Origin: an uncultured Gammaproteobacteria bacterium
GTDB lineage: Bacteria > Patescibacteriota > Microgenomatia > JAMCZE01
NCBI GenBank assembly: GCA_964641255.1
Contig: CAZXMM010000001.1
Coordinates: 745,890 to 809,889 of the forward strand
Length of the DNA: 64,000 bases
Reading direction: 5' to 3'
This document shows positions 16,127 to 26,265 of this stretch, one piece after another. The position numbers were made by a program, and so were the translations under genes. Positions within the stretch are counted from its first letter, which is position 1. Each line of letters starts with the position of its first letter. The notes under the pieces were generated by a model. That model made no database searches. It saw only the letters and a list, made by a program, of their open reading frames with translations, and was not told where the DNA came from.

Positions 16127-17902
16127 ATGGCAAAAAACACAGCTAACCAGCTTAATGATCTCAGACACTCAGCTGCACACCTACTGGCTGCCGCAGTTTC
16201 GCAGTTGTACCCAAAGTCATTGCGCACAATTGGCCCATCCATTGAAAATGGGTTTTATTTTGATTTCGACAACCTAAAGATTTCAGAATCTGATCTTCCC
16301 AAGATTGAAGAGAAAATGCACGAAATCGTCAAAGGCTGGAAATCTTTTGCGGGCCAGGAAGTCAGTGTGACAGAGGCCAAGGAAGCCTACAAAGACAATC
16401 CCTACAAAATTGAACTCATTGAAGAGTTTTCAGGCGAAGGACAAAAACTGACTTTTTACAAGTCCGGGGACTATTCTGATCTTTGCCGTGGAGGACACAT
16501 TAAGGATCCTAGCAAAGAACTCAAATTTTTCAAGCTTTTAAAAATCGCGGGGGCGTACTGGAGGGGAAATGAAAAGAATAAAATGCTCACCCGCATCTAT
16601 GGAACGGCCTTTCCATCTCAAGAGGAACTCGATCACTATCTTTGGCAACAAGAAGAAGCCGAGAAGAGGGATCACCGCAAACTAGGAAAGGAGCTCGATC
16701 TCTTTACTTTTTCAGATTTAGTGGGAAGTGGCTTCCCACTTTTTACTCAACGAGGTGCTCTAGTGAGAAGGCTATTAAATGGCTATGTAGAAGAGCTGCA
16801 ATCTAAATCGGGCTACCTACAAGTGTGGACACCGCAGGTAGCAAAAGGGGAACTTTTCAAAATTTCTGGACATTATGACAAATACAAAGAAGACATGTTT
16901 AATGTGGTATCTCATTATTCTGGTGAAGAATTCTTCCTTAAGCCAATGAATTGTCCCCACCACACTCAAATCTATGCAGGGAGGCAGCGAAGCTACAAAG
17001 ATTTGCCAATGCGTCTCACAGACTTTGCCATGCTTTATCGAGATGAAAGGCCTGGCGAACTGAATGGTCTAGCTAGAGTGCGCGCTTTTTCAACAGATGA
17101 TTGTCATATTTTTTGCCGTGAGGATCAAATCGATGCAGAAATAGATTTGGCGCTTTCCATGACAAAAGAGATTATGACAAAGCTTGGATTTAAATATCGC
17201 TACCGACTCTCCACCCGCGATCCCAAAAATCTGGACAAGTATTTAGGCAATAGGGACACCTGGAATAAAGTTGAGAAGTGGGCAGTGCAAATAATGGAGC
17301 GAAATAATATTGAATATTATGATGGCCCAGGGGAAGCATCATTCTACGCTCCAAAGATGGATTTGATGGCAACTGACGCCTTGGGACGAGAATGGCAACT
17401 CTCCACAGTCCAAATCGACTACGTCATGCCAGAGAGATTTAAGCTTCAATACATTGACTCTGATGGATCACTTAAGACTCCTATTATGATTCACCGAGCA
17501 ATCCTTGGGTCATCTGAACGGGCTATGATGGTGCTTCTTGAGCATTTTGCTGGAGCATTTCCAACTTGGCTGTCCCCAGTCCAGGTAGCCATTCTTCCAA
17601 TTGCTGATCGGCATCTAGACTATGCCAGTGAAGTAAAAGAGGTACTAGTAAATGCTAATCTGAGAGTAGAAGTGGACAGTAAAGCTGAAACTCTCGGGGC
17701 CAAGATTAGAAACAATCAGGCCCAGAAAGTGCCCTATATGATCGTGCTCGGGGATAAAGAGGTAGAAGCAAAAAAAATCGCCGTCCGCAGTAGGGATTTG
17801 GGAGATTTGGGACAGATGGAGTTGCAAAAGTTCCTTTCGGAACGTAAAATGGAGATCGATCATCGTCAGTTATCAGCTAATTCGTCAGGCACCATTGATT
17901 AA
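16127..17902 (+). CDS. thrS: Threonyl-tRNA synthetase (lacks N-terminal TGS domain; starts at the editing-domain HxxxH motif)
   Basis: RHSAAHLL, GFYFDFD, class II motifs, and HRAILGSSERAMMVLLEHFAGAFPTWLSPVQVAILPI. Confidence 0.95.
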   Translation: MAKNTANQLNDLRHSAAHLLAAAVSQLYPKSLRTIGPSIENGFYFDFDNLKISESDLPKIEEKMHEIVKGWKSFAGQEVSVTEAKEAYKDNPYKIELIEEFSGEGQKLTFYKSGDYSDLCRGGHIKDPSKELKFFKLLKIAGAYWRGNEKNKMLTRIYGTAFPSQEELDHYLWQQEEAEKRDHRKLGKELDLFTFSDLVGSGFPLFTQRGALVRRLLNGYVEELQSKSGYLQVWTPQVAKGELFKISGHYDKYKEDMFNVVSHYSGEEFFLKPMNCPHHTQIYAGRQRSYKDLPMRLTDFAMLYRDERPGELNGLARVRAFSTDDCHIFCREDQIDAEIDLALSMTKEIMTKLGFKYRYRLSTRDPKNLDKYLGNRDTWNKVEKWAVQIMERNNIEYYDGPGEASFYAPKMDLMATDALGREWQLSTVQIDYVMPERFKLQYIDSDGSLKTPIMIHRAILGSSERAMMVLLEHFAGAFPTWLSPVQVAILPIADRHLDYASEVKEVLVNANLRVEVDSKAETLGAKIRNNQAQKVPYMIVLGDKEVEAKKIAVRSRDLGDLGQMELQKFLSERKMEIDHRQLSANSSGTID

Positions 17903-18422
17903 ACAATACAAAGTTAACAGCTCAATTACCGTCCCCGAGGTGCGTCTCTTAGATGCTGAGGGCAAACAAGTTGGGGTAATGAGCCGGGATGAAGCTCTGG
18001 ACTATGCACTAGGACAAGGGGGCGACCTCGTTCTTATTGGTGAGGGCGCCACTCCGCCAGTAGCAAAGATTATCGACTTTAAAAAATTTCTTTATCAGGA
18101 AAAGAAAAAAGAAAACGTTGCCAAAAAAGGGCAGAAGAATTCGGGAACTAAAGAGCTCAGGGTCGGAGGACCCTTTGCCGGAGAAGCAGATGTAGCGGTG
18201 AGACTAAGACGCGCGGAGGAATTTTTAAAAGACGGTTTTGGAGTTAAGGTGGTAGTAAAATTTTCGGGGCGTCAAATGGCTCACCCGGAATTTGGCCACA
18301 AAATTATTAACCAGTTTAGGGAAAAATTAGCGGGAATTGGTAAAGTAGACCGTGAAACCAGATTTGAGGGTAAACAGCTAGTAGTGACTTTTGGACCAGT
18401 TAGTAAATCTAAAGACAAATAA
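17895..18422 (+). CDS. infC: Translation initiation factor IF-3
   Basis: EVRLLDAEGKQVGVMSRDEALDYA...DLVLI...PPVAKIIDFKKFLYQEKKK. Non-ATG start (TTG 17895 or ATT 17898), as is typical for infC. Confidence 0.9.
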   Translation: MIKQYKVNSSITVPEVRLLDAEGKQVGVMSRDEALDYALGQGGDLVLIGEGATPPVAKIIDFKKFLYQEKKKENVAKKGQKNSGTKELRVGGPFAGEADVAVRLRRAEEFLKDGFGVKVVVKFSGRQMAHPEFGHKIINQFREKLAGIGKVDRETRFEGKQLVVTFGPVSKSKDK

Positions 18423-18426
18423 AGCT

Positions 18427-18621
18427 ATGCCAAAAATGAAAACCACCAAGTCGGCAGCTGACCGCTTTAAAGTGACCGCGAGTGGTAAAATCTTGCGCGC
18501 TAAAATAGGGCATCGCCATAAGGCGATGGGTAAAAGTAAACGCAACGAGCGCAGGGGTAATATTCCCGTGGAAGTTTTAGGAGTAATGAAAAAGAAAGTT
18601 AGGACCTTACTTAGGGTTTAA
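18427..18621 (+). CDS. rpmI: 50S ribosomal protein L35
   Basis: MPKMKTTKSAADRFKVTASGKILR. Start adjusted from 18391 to ATG 18427. Confidence 0.9.
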   Translation: MPKMKTTKSAADRFKVTASGKILRAKIGHRHKAMGKSKRNERRGNIPVEVLGVMKKKVRTLLRV

Positions 18622-18626
18622 AAAAT

Positions 18627-18971
18627 ATGGCCCGCGTTAAAAGAGGAATCACCACTCACGCTAAACACAAAAAACTTCTTGGCCAAGCCAAAGGCTTTAT
18701 GATGACTAGACACCGTCTAGTCAGAAAAGCCAAAGAAGCCGTTCTCCACGCGGGTCAGTACGCCTACACTGGACGAAAAAACAAAAAGCGGGTGATGCGT
18801 AGGGATTGGATTCTCCATATTAACGAAGCCGTCAAACAGCACGGGCTAACTTACAGCACTTTTATGAATAGACTTAAGGTCGCCAGGATTGCCCTTGACC
18901 GCAAAATACTAGCACAGCTGGCAACCGAGCAACCCGAGGCCTTCAAAGAAATTGTTAAAAAATTAAGTTAG
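18627..18971 (+). CDS. rplT: 50S ribosomal protein L20
   Basis: MARVKRGITTHAKHKKLLGQAKGF. Confidence 0.95.
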   Translation: MARVKRGITTHAKHKKLLGQAKGFMMTRHRLVRKAKEAVLHAGQYAYTGRKNKKRVMRRDWILHINEAVKQHGLTYSTFMNRLKVARIALDRKILAQLATEQPEAFKEIVKKLS

Positions 18972-19025
18972 GGAAATTTAAGTCTTCATAATACTTCTGG
19001 CTCCTAGTTGTAGCGGCCGCCTAAC

Positions 19026-20090
19026 TTGGATAGAATTAGGACTATGGAAGAACAGCTCCACGAGCTTAGGGACAAAACCTTAGCAAACATTAAGGCAGCT
19101 AGCACCATGGACGACCTAGAAAAAATCAGAGTTGCTACGTTTGGGAAAAACTCTGGCGCGTTAACTGAGCTCTTAAAAAAACTTCCGGAATTGTCTGCTG
19201 TCGACAAAGGACCAGTGGGTAAAACCGCCAATGCGGTTAAACTCGCCATCGAGCAGGCGCTAGCCAGTCGACAAGAAGAATTAACTAATAGCCGGGACGC
19301 TAGTATTGCCGAGACCGAATGGATTGATGTGACCATTCCTGGCCAACTTACTCCTCACGGGCATCTTCATGCACAGACCCAAGTGCTTCATGAAGTCCTA
19401 GAAATCTTTCAAACCCTGGGCTACCAAGTAGCTGACGGCTTTGAAATCGAATCCGACTACTATAATTTCACCGCTCTTAATATGCCGCCCCACGCCCCAT
19501 CAAGAGATACCCAGTCGACTTTTTATCTTGACCCGAGGGGCAGTAAGGTTAAGGCGGGTGAGATCATAACTAGAACTCAGCTCTCGGGCATGCAAGTGCG
19601 AATCATGGAAAAGACGAAGCCGCCAATGCGTGTGGTCATTCCCGGCAAAGTCTACCGCGTGGACGACGTCGACGCCTCCCACGGTTTTGAATTTTGGCAG
19701 CTGGAAGGAATGCTGATTGATAAGAAAGTCAAATTCACCGACCTACTGGGGACGATGGAATACGTTCTTAAAAAGCTTTACAGTCAGGACCAAAAAATTC
19801 GCTTTGACTGTACTAACTTCGCGTTTGTCGAGCCCGGAGTTCAAGCATATATGTCCTGCACGATATGTAAACAGCGGGGTTGTCCTTTTTGTAAACACAC
19901 CGGCTGGGTAGAAATTATGCCGGCCGGAATGGTCCATCCCAGTGTAATCAGGGCCGGAGGGCTCGACCCTAAAGAGTGGAACGGTTTTGCTTTTTGCGTG
20001 GGCCTATCCAGAGCAGTAGTTTTAAAATACCAAATTGATGACTTGCGAGTGTTAACTAACCCTGATTTAAGAATTTTGAGACAGTTTTAA
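19026..20090 (+). CDS. pheS: Phenylalanyl-tRNA synthetase alpha subunit
   Basis: Class II core NFTALNMPPHAPSRDTQSTFYL and FEFWQLEG, 354 aa, upstream of pheT. Confidence 0.95.
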   Translation: MDRIRTMEEQLHELRDKTLANIKAASTMDDLEKIRVATFGKNSGALTELLKKLPELSAVDKGPVGKTANAVKLAIEQALASRQEELTNSRDASIAETEWIDVTIPGQLTPHGHLHAQTQVLHEVLEIFQTLGYQVADGFEIESDYYNFTALNMPPHAPSRDTQSTFYLDPRGSKVKAGEIITRTQLSGMQVRIMEKTKPPMRVVIPGKVYRVDDVDASHGFEFWQLEGMLIDKKVKFTDLLGTMEYVLKKLYSQDQKIRFDCTNFAFVEPGVQAYMSCTICKQRGCPFCKHTGWVEIMPAGMVHPSVIRAGGLDPKEWNGFAFCVGLSRAVVLKYQIDDLRVLTNPDLRILRQF

Positions 20091-20149
20091 TTAATTGAGT
20101 ATTAGATTTTTGTTATTTGTTTAGTCTTAGGTCTTAGATCTTAAAAACT

Positions 20150-22147
20150 ATGTTAATTCCACTTTCCTGGATCAGCGAATATACCAAAGTCACCATGCCG
20201 TTTCCCAAACTGGCTACTCTCATGTCTGAGGTCGGACTCACCATTGAGAAGTGGGAGGAAAAGGACGAGGACATTGTTTTTGATACCGAAGTCACTCCTA
20301 ACCGCAGTGATTGGCTTAGTGTCATTGGCACTGCCAGAGAAATCGCTGCCGCGACCAATGAAGCATTTGACTATAAGGAGGTCGTGGTGCCTCTTAAAGG
20401 AAAACCAACCACCCTACCCATTACGGTACGAAATAATTTCCAGGTCTGTCCCAGAATCTGTACGATCTCAATTTCTGGGGTGGAGGTAAAAGCTTCCCCT
20501 GACTGGCTGAAAAAGCGGATCAAACAAATCGGCCTTCGCCCAATTAACAATCTCGTGGATATCACCAATTATGTGCTGTGGGAACTGGGCACACCGATTC
20601 ATACTTTTGACTACGACAAGATTGTAGGAGCGGAAATGACGGTAACTCTGACAAGGGGGGGAGAAAAGTTTAGGAGCCTGGATGGCCTGGATTACACCCT
20701 GCCACCGGATGCCATTATTATTTCCGATGCCAAGCGGATTATTGACCTGGTGCCTCTTAAAGGCGGGGAGAATACATCAATTACTAGTGAAACGAAAAAT
20801 GTCCTGATGCACACGATTGTAGTGGATCCGGTAATCACTAGGAAAACCTCGCAAGCTTTGGGACTAAGAAGTGACGCCTCAGCTCTCTCGGAACGGGGAG
20901 TAGATCCCAACAGTCTACCTAAAGGACTCCACCGCGCCCTCTCCCTTATCTTAGAACTCGCCGGCGGGGAAGTCGCCTCCGAGATGATTGATACCAAGGA
21001 TCAAGAGTTTGAGCCGATGGAGAGACGGCTTAGTCACGATCAGCTAGAAAAAGTTATTGGCGTGGGATTTGAGGAAAAAACCGTCCTCTCTATTTTTAAA
21101 CGGCTGGAACTTCCCACTAGGGTTAAAAATGGCGTCTACACTGTCAGTGTGCCCACCTTTCGACCCGATCTGCAAATTGAAGAGGATTTAATCGAAGAAG
21201 TAGCCAGAATCTATAACTACAACAATTTGCCTAAAACTCTTCCCGTCGGGGGCGTACCCACGAGTAAAGTAGCCTATGCTAGAGACTTTGACCGGGAATA
21301 TGCTACCAAACAACTGCTGACTGCCCTTGGCTACAGTGAAACTTTTACCTATTCTCTGATTGATGACACCAAGCTTGAGGCCTTAGGAATCGATCCTACT
21401 AAGACACTGCGTATTACCAATCCTATTTCCCGCGACTATGAATATCTGCGTCCCAACCTGTTGGGAAATTTACTCGATTCGATCAGAGCTAACGTAGCTA
21501 ATTTTGCCGAGGTAAAGCTTTTTGAACTCGGGAAACGCTACCTCGGAGAAACCCTGGATAGTGTTACTGAAGAGTACTGGCTTTGGGCCGGTGTAACAGG
21601 TAGTGACTTTTCTAAAGCCAAAGGGGAGGCTGAGCGGGTCCTCCAATCACTGGGAGTGAGCTATAAAATTCGCCCAGCTAGACCCAGTGATAATCACTAC
21701 TGGTTCCATCCCGGAAGAACCGCTCATATCGAAAGCCAGGAGGGTCACTATCTAGGAGTAATTGGCGAAGTCGCGCCAACACTGTTAGCTGAGTGGAAAA
21801 TTAACGGCCGAGTAGTTGGGTGGGGCATTAACTATGATCTTGCCACTAAACTGGGTCGGAAAGAGCGAGTCTATCAACCGGTCCCCAGATATCCGGCAAT
21901 TACTAATGATATTTCCTTTGTTACTAAGCCCCACACCTTAGTGGGTGAGATTATTGACCTTATTAAGCAGTCAAGTCCTCTCGTTAGTTCTGCCGAGCTC
22001 ATTGATACCCACGAAAATACTAAGACGCTAAGAATCACCTATCAAGATAAAACGAAAAATTTGGCGGAAAAAGACGTGGCGGTAGTAAGAACCAAAATAA
22101 TTGCCAACCTTACTAAGGAATTAGCCATTACCCCTAAAGATGTCTAG
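20150..22147 (+). CDS. pheT: Phenylalanyl-tRNA synthetase beta subunit (short form, 665 aa)
   Basis: MLIPLSWISEYTKV N-terminus, B3/4 and B5 domains, C-terminal FDX-ACB-like region. Conserved pheS-pheT order. Confidence 0.9.
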   Translation: MLIPLSWISEYTKVTMPFPKLATLMSEVGLTIEKWEEKDEDIVFDTEVTPNRSDWLSVIGTAREIAAATNEAFDYKEVVVPLKGKPTTLPITVRNNFQVCPRICTISISGVEVKASPDWLKKRIKQIGLRPINNLVDITNYVLWELGTPIHTFDYDKIVGAEMTVTLTRGGEKFRSLDGLDYTLPPDAIIISDAKRIIDLVPLKGGENTSITSETKNVLMHTIVVDPVITRKTSQALGLRSDASALSERGVDPNSLPKGLHRALSLILELAGGEVASEMIDTKDQEFEPMERRLSHDQLEKVIGVGFEEKTVLSIFKRLELPTRVKNGVYTVSVPTFRPDLQIEEDLIEEVARIYNYNNLPKTLPVGGVPTSKVAYARDFDREYATKQLLTALGYSETFTYSLIDDTKLEALGIDPTKTLRITNPISRDYEYLRPNLLGNLLDSIRANVANFAEVKLFELGKRYLGETLDSVTEEYWLWAGVTGSDFSKAKGEAERVLQSLGVSYKIRPARPSDNHYWFHPGRTAHIESQEGHYLGVIGEVAPTLLAEWKINGRVVGWGINYDLATKLGRKERVYQPVPRYPAITNDISFVTKPHTLVGEIIDLIKQSSPLVSSAELIDTHENTKTLRITYQDKTKNLAEKDVAVVRTKIIANLTKELAITPKDV

Positions 22148-22349
22148 CCCTGATATTTTAAAACCTCAAATCCGCCACCCAAGAATAAAAAATGCAGTCG
22201 AGTTTCTTTCCCGCAACCGCATGTTTTTATTAACGGTTACCGGCGCGGCGGCGGCCGGTCTGCTTTTACCCTGGGGAGTCCTAGGTTATTTGGTCGGCGC
22301 GGCGGGGGGCGCGGCTATAGGAGCTATGTCTTACACTCGTCCTACCTAA
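22140..22349 (+). CDS. Small glycine-zipper membrane protein
   Basis: GAAAAGLLLPWGVLGYLVGAAGGAAIGA carries GxxxG repeats. Overlaps pheT by 8 nt and the convergent PBP gene by 4 nt. Confidence 0.35.
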   Translation: MSSPDILKPQIRHPRIKNAVEFLSRNRMFLLTVTGAAAAGLLLPWGVLGYLVGAAGGAAIGAMSYTRPT

Positions 22350-24892
22350 TCTTTCCAATCTTCGTTAATTCCAAATCTAGCTTCCGCCGTGCCTTCGTTG
22401 CCGCCTGCATCAATTGCCTTTACTTTAATAGTGTGGTTACCGTTAGTCAGACCGGTAATCTTTTCTTCAATATTATCTGATGCTTTGTTGTATTTTTCCT
22501 CCCCGTCCAGTTCCACCACAATCTTGACAATTTCCCGGGCGGCAAAGGCTTTGGCTTTTACAGTAACCTCACTTGAGTTGACCCGACTGTGATCGCTCGG
22601 GGCCTCAATTTGCACTTTGACTGAGTTTTGATTGGCGTCAGATTTTTCCGTAGGCGGGTGGTACTTACCGTCGTCTTTTTTATTATCTTCTATCCACTTA
22701 TTGATCGCTTCTTGCCAACGGTTTTTACCGTCGGTACTGATCGGGTCAGACTCGGTAAGAACAATAAATTCTTTGTCTTCAAAGTCGCCAGATTTTATTT
22801 CTACTTCATTAGCCAGTTTTCCGTTACTTTTTGACACTTTAATCTTTTTATACATGGGAGACACCGCGGTTGGCTCGGTTCCTTTAATAAAATACTCTGT
22901 TCTTGTGGGATCGCTACCATGGGGCAGTCCGCCCAGGAGGGAGTCCACACTAACAGGAAGTACACTTTCGGGTTTCTTAAACTCCTCAGCACTTTTTCCT
23001 TTCAGAGCGAGCTTAATGACCTTGTTCCAAATTGGAGCCGCTCCCGTGACTCCAGAGCTGAGAGCCGGCGCCATCACAGTGTTATCGTTGTTGCCTACCC
23101 AAGTGCCCACTACTACTGAGGGCGTATAGCCAATAGTCCAGTTGTCTCTTTTTTGATCAGTAGTACCGGTTTTTACTGCAACCGTATGGCCCGGAATTTG
23201 CAGCATATTAACTTCACCAAACACGTCTTTTCGAGCATTATTGTCGGAAAGAATGTGAGAAATAATAAAGCTGACTTCAGGAGAGAGCACCCGCTTACCC
23301 TCACTGGGGCGCCACTCATAAAGTACCCGGTCTTTTGAGTCGGTCACTTTCAAAATCGCCACTGGATCAGTATGCACTCCGCTATTAGCAAACGCCCCGT
23401 AAGCGCTGGTCAACTCAAGGAGCTTAACCTCGCGCCCGCCTAAGGCGAGCGACAGCCCAACGTCACGGACATTCTCTTCAGTCGGTTTCCAGCTGGAAAT
23501 CCCCGCGTCATAACCAAGGGCCATGATGTCTCTAAGCCCCACCAATGCAGTAAGTTTTACGGCCACAGTATTAGTTGAGTTGCCCAAACTAAAGCGCAAC
23601 TGTTGCGGACCCCGATATTTTAGATCGTAATTGGCAGGAGAATACATTTTGTCCTTGTTGCTGGGATCATTAAGGGGATAGTCTGTTTTAGCATCGACCA
23701 ACATTGAGCCGGCAGTATAGCCTTTACTAAGGGCCTGGGCAAAGATAAAGGGTTTGCCCGAGGAGCCGGGTTGCCTCAGGGCGGTCGTTACATTAAAACT
23801 GCCAAACTCTTTATCGAAGTAGTCGTAGGAGCCAGTCATCCCTAAAATTTCTCCGGTTTTAGGGTTGAGAACTATCACGGCTCCGTTACTGGCTTTGAGA
23901 TTTTTAATTTTCTCAACTTCTGCTTTGACAATTTTTTCCACTTCCTCCTCGAGCTGCCAGTCTAGAGTGGTGGTCACCCGCAGCCCCCCAGACTCAACCA
24001 TTTCTTCTCCAAAGCGCTCCACGAGTTCATCCTTAACATAAAAGACAAAATGGGGAGCTTTAATACCGGTATCGTCGCTAGAAAACTTTAGGCTGGGCAG
24101 CTGTTTGACGCTATCAGTCTCCTGCTGGGCGGTAATGTAACCATCTTCTCGCATCCGCCGTAGCACTGCTTTAGTTCGCTCAATATAAGCGGTGGGGTGG
24201 GCTCCGTAGGGAGAGTAAGTAGTCGGGGATTGGGTTAGACCAGCAATCACGGCCGATTCCACCAAGTTTAGATCCTTTGCTGATTTATCAAAATAGGTCC
24301 GTGCGGCCGACTCGACACCGTAGGTAGCCCCGCCGTAAGGAGCTTCGTTTAAATACAGTTGCAGAATTTCCTCCTTCGTGTATTTTTTTTCAATTTGGTT
24401 AGCGAGAATCACCTCGCGAATTTTCCGAAATACGCTCTGCTCTGGAGAGAGGAGCACGTTTTTTACCACCTGTTGAGTGATTGTGGAACCACCGCCACTG
24501 ATTCCCTGAAGAGTCAGAATACTAATAGCTGACCGGACAATACCCGAGAAGCTCAGGCCCTGATGCGAGTAAAACTCGCGGTCTTCAATGGCTACCGTCG
24601 CTTCTTGTAAGTACTTGGGGATGTCTTTAAGTTTTAAGGGAATGCGGTTTTCTTTGTTAAACACGTCATAAAGCACCTTTCCACTACGGTCATAAATGAC
24701 TGTGGAGTAACCCTGACGACGCACTAATTTATCTGAATCGGGCAAATCAATGGAAAAGACAGCAAAGACCAGGGTAGTTAGAAGAAACATCCCCACAATG
24801 CCTACAAAGAGACAGATTGCACCCAAACGCAGCAGTTGCATTCGGCCCTCGGGGGTGTGAAACATGCGGCGGTATTTACGAAGAGATATCAT
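22346..24892 (-). CDS. Class A penicillin-binding protein (bifunctional transglycosylase/transpeptidase, PBP1A-type) with C-terminal Ig-like extension
   Basis: GT51 motif EDREFYSHQG, transpeptidase motifs SSGKP (SxxK) and KTGT, N-terminal TM anchor. Confidence 0.9.
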   Translation of the reverse strand: MISLRKYRRMFHTPEGRMQLLRLGAICLFVGIVGMFLLTTLVFAVFSIDLPDSDKLVRRQGYSTVIYDRSGKVLYDVFNKENRIPLKLKDIPKYLQEATVAIEDREFYSHQGLSFSGIVRSAISILTLQGISGGGSTITQQVVKNVLLSPEQSVFRKIREVILANQIEKKYTKEEILQLYLNEAPYGGATYGVESAARTYFDKSAKDLNLVESAVIAGLTQSPTTYSPYGAHPTAYIERTKAVLRRMREDGYITAQQETDSVKQLPSLKFSSDDTGIKAPHFVFYVKDELVERFGEEMVESGGLRVTTTLDWQLEEEVEKIVKAEVEKIKNLKASNGAVIVLNPKTGEILGMTGSYDYFDKEFGSFNVTTALRQPGSSGKPFIFAQALSKGYTAGSMLVDAKTDYPLNDPSNKDKMYSPANYDLKYRGPQQLRFSLGNSTNTVAVKLTALVGLRDIMALGYDAGISSWKPTEENVRDVGLSLALGGREVKLLELTSAYGAFANSGVHTDPVAILKVTDSKDRVLYEWRPSEGKRVLSPEVSFIISHILSDNNARKDVFGEVNMLQIPGHTVAVKTGTTDQKRDNWTIGYTPSVVVGTWVGNNDNTVMAPALSSGVTGAAPIWNKVIKLALKGKSAEEFKKPESVLPVSVDSLLGGLPHGSDPTRTEYFIKGTEPTAVSPMYKKIKVSKSNGKLANEVEIKSGDFEDKEFIVLTESDPISTDGKNRWQEAINKWIEDNKKDDGKYHPPTEKSDANQNSVKVQIEAPSDHSRVNSSEVTVKAKAFAAREIVKIVVELDGEEKYNKASDNIEEKITGLTNGNHTIKVKAIDAGGNEGTAEARFGINEDWKD

Positions 24893-24924
24893 AGCTACAG
24901 CTTGGATCAGTTTAGCACAGCTGG

Positions 24925-24943
24925 TCTAGAATTTCTTTCTAGA
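24925..24943. promoter_or_regulatory. 19-bp palindrome TCTAGAAtttctTTCTAGA overlapping the -35 region of the tyrS promoter; TACAAT -10 box at 24949-24954, 6 nt before the ATG
   Basis: Perfect 7-bp inverted repeat with a 5-nt spacer in the divergent PBP/tyrS intergenic region. Confidence 0.4.
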
Positions 24944-24960
24944 TTAGGTACAATAGGCCT

Positions 24961-26148
24961 ATGGACAAAATTGATGAACTACTAACAAGAGGGGTAGAAA
25001 ATATCATTTCAAACAAAGAGGAGTTGGCAAAACTACTTACCTCAGGCAAAAAATTAAATGTCTACTTTGGGATTGATCCCACAGCTACCCATATTCACAT
25101 TGGAAATGCTGTTGGGCTGAGAAAACTTCAGTCTTTTGTAGAGCTAGGTCATAACGTTACGTTTCTTATTGGCAGCTTCACAGCACTCATTGGAGATACG
25201 TCAGACAAGAGTTCCGAGCGACCTGTTTTAACTCAGGAACAAATTGAAGAAAACTTCAAAGACTATAAATCACAGGCTGAAAAAGTCTTAGATTTTTCGA
25301 AAGTGACAGTCGTTCACAATGGAGACTGGCTCAAGGACTTAAATTTCAAAGATATCATTAGCCTTTGCCAACACTTTGCCCTTGGGGATTTCATCAGTAG
25401 GGAGCTTATTCGTGAGCGCCTGGCCTCAGGAACGAGAGTCAGACTTGACGAAATGTTGTATCCCGTCATGCAAGGCTATGATTGCTACCATTTAGATGCG
25501 GACATCCAAATCGGCGGACCCGATCAGACATTTAATATGCAAGCTGGAAGAACATTGCAAAAAGACCTACGCGGGAAGGATACCTTTGTAATGGCAAATG
25601 GCTACTTGGAGGGAACTGACGGACGGAAAATGAGTAAGACTTGGAATAATGCCATATGGCTTGACGATTCACCCGTAGAAATGTTTGGCAAGGTAATGTC
25701 TGCAAAAGACGAGCTTATTATTTCCTACTTTAAACTCGCGACTAATTTGCCCCTCACGCAAATTGCCCAAATAGAAGAAGAGTTAGCGATGGACAAAAAT
25801 CCCATGCTCATTAAAAAGACCCTGGCTAGGCAAATTGTGAGAGAGCTACACAGTGAAGAAGCGGCAGATGAAGCCCAAAGGCAGTTTGAACTCACTTTTC
25901 AGCAAGTTGATTTGACTGCCGCTAAGATTCCCACTTTTGCGGTTAGTGATCTTTCTCGCAGCTTATTACCAACCGTGGACTTACTGATGGAAACACAGTC
26001 GGCCGAAAGTAAGACAGACGCTAAACGTCTTATTGAACAGGGGGCTGTTGAACTGAATGATCAGAAGGTAGAGAAGGGGAGTAGGGTAGAGGTTAAGGTC
26101 GGGGATGTGTTGAAAATTGGCAAGAAAAGGTTTCTTAAATTTGTCTAA
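24961..26148 (+). CDS. tyrS: Tyrosyl-tRNA synthetase
   Basis: YFGIDPTATHIHIGNAVGL (HIGH region, TyrRS-type GxDPTA), KMSKT, and a C-terminal S4-like domain (DAKRLIEQGAVELNDQKV). Confidence 0.85.
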   Translation: MDKIDELLTRGVENIISNKEELAKLLTSGKKLNVYFGIDPTATHIHIGNAVGLRKLQSFVELGHNVTFLIGSFTALIGDTSDKSSERPVLTQEQIEENFKDYKSQAEKVLDFSKVTVVHNGDWLKDLNFKDIISLCQHFALGDFISRELIRERLASGTRVRLDEMLYPVMQGYDCYHLDADIQIGGPDQTFNMQAGRTLQKDLRGKDTFVMANGYLEGTDGRKMSKTWNNAIWLDDSPVEMFGKVMSAKDELIISYFKLATNLPLTQIAQIEEELAMDKNPMLIKKTLARQIVRELHSEEAADEAQRQFELTFQQVDLTAAKIPTFAVSDLSRSLLPTVDLLMETQSAESKTDAKRLIEQGAVELNDQKVEKGSRVEVKVGDVLKIGKKRFLKFV

Positions 26149-26160
26149 AATCACTAGCCA

Positions 26161-26265
26161 ATGGAACACCACCACAAACATCACGTACTTTTTAAAATTT
26201 TGATAGCGATTGCCTCAATTGCCCTGATCCTTTCCTCCTTTTTGCCATTTTTTGTTTACTCATGA
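26161..26265 (+). CDS. Micro-ORF: His-rich N-terminus plus TM helix (MEHHHKHHVLFKILIAIASIALILSSFLPFFVYS)
   Basis: 34 codons. Its stop overlaps the GT2 start as ATGA, which suggests translational coupling. Confidence 0.3.
   Translation: MEHHHKHHVLFKILIAIASIALILSSFLPFFVYS

Noticed and set aside
20124-20144. Short tandem repeat gtcttag x3 between pheS and pheT
   Set aside because: Only three degenerate 7-mers in an AT-rich spacer. It is not CRISPR-like and shows no regular spacer structure.
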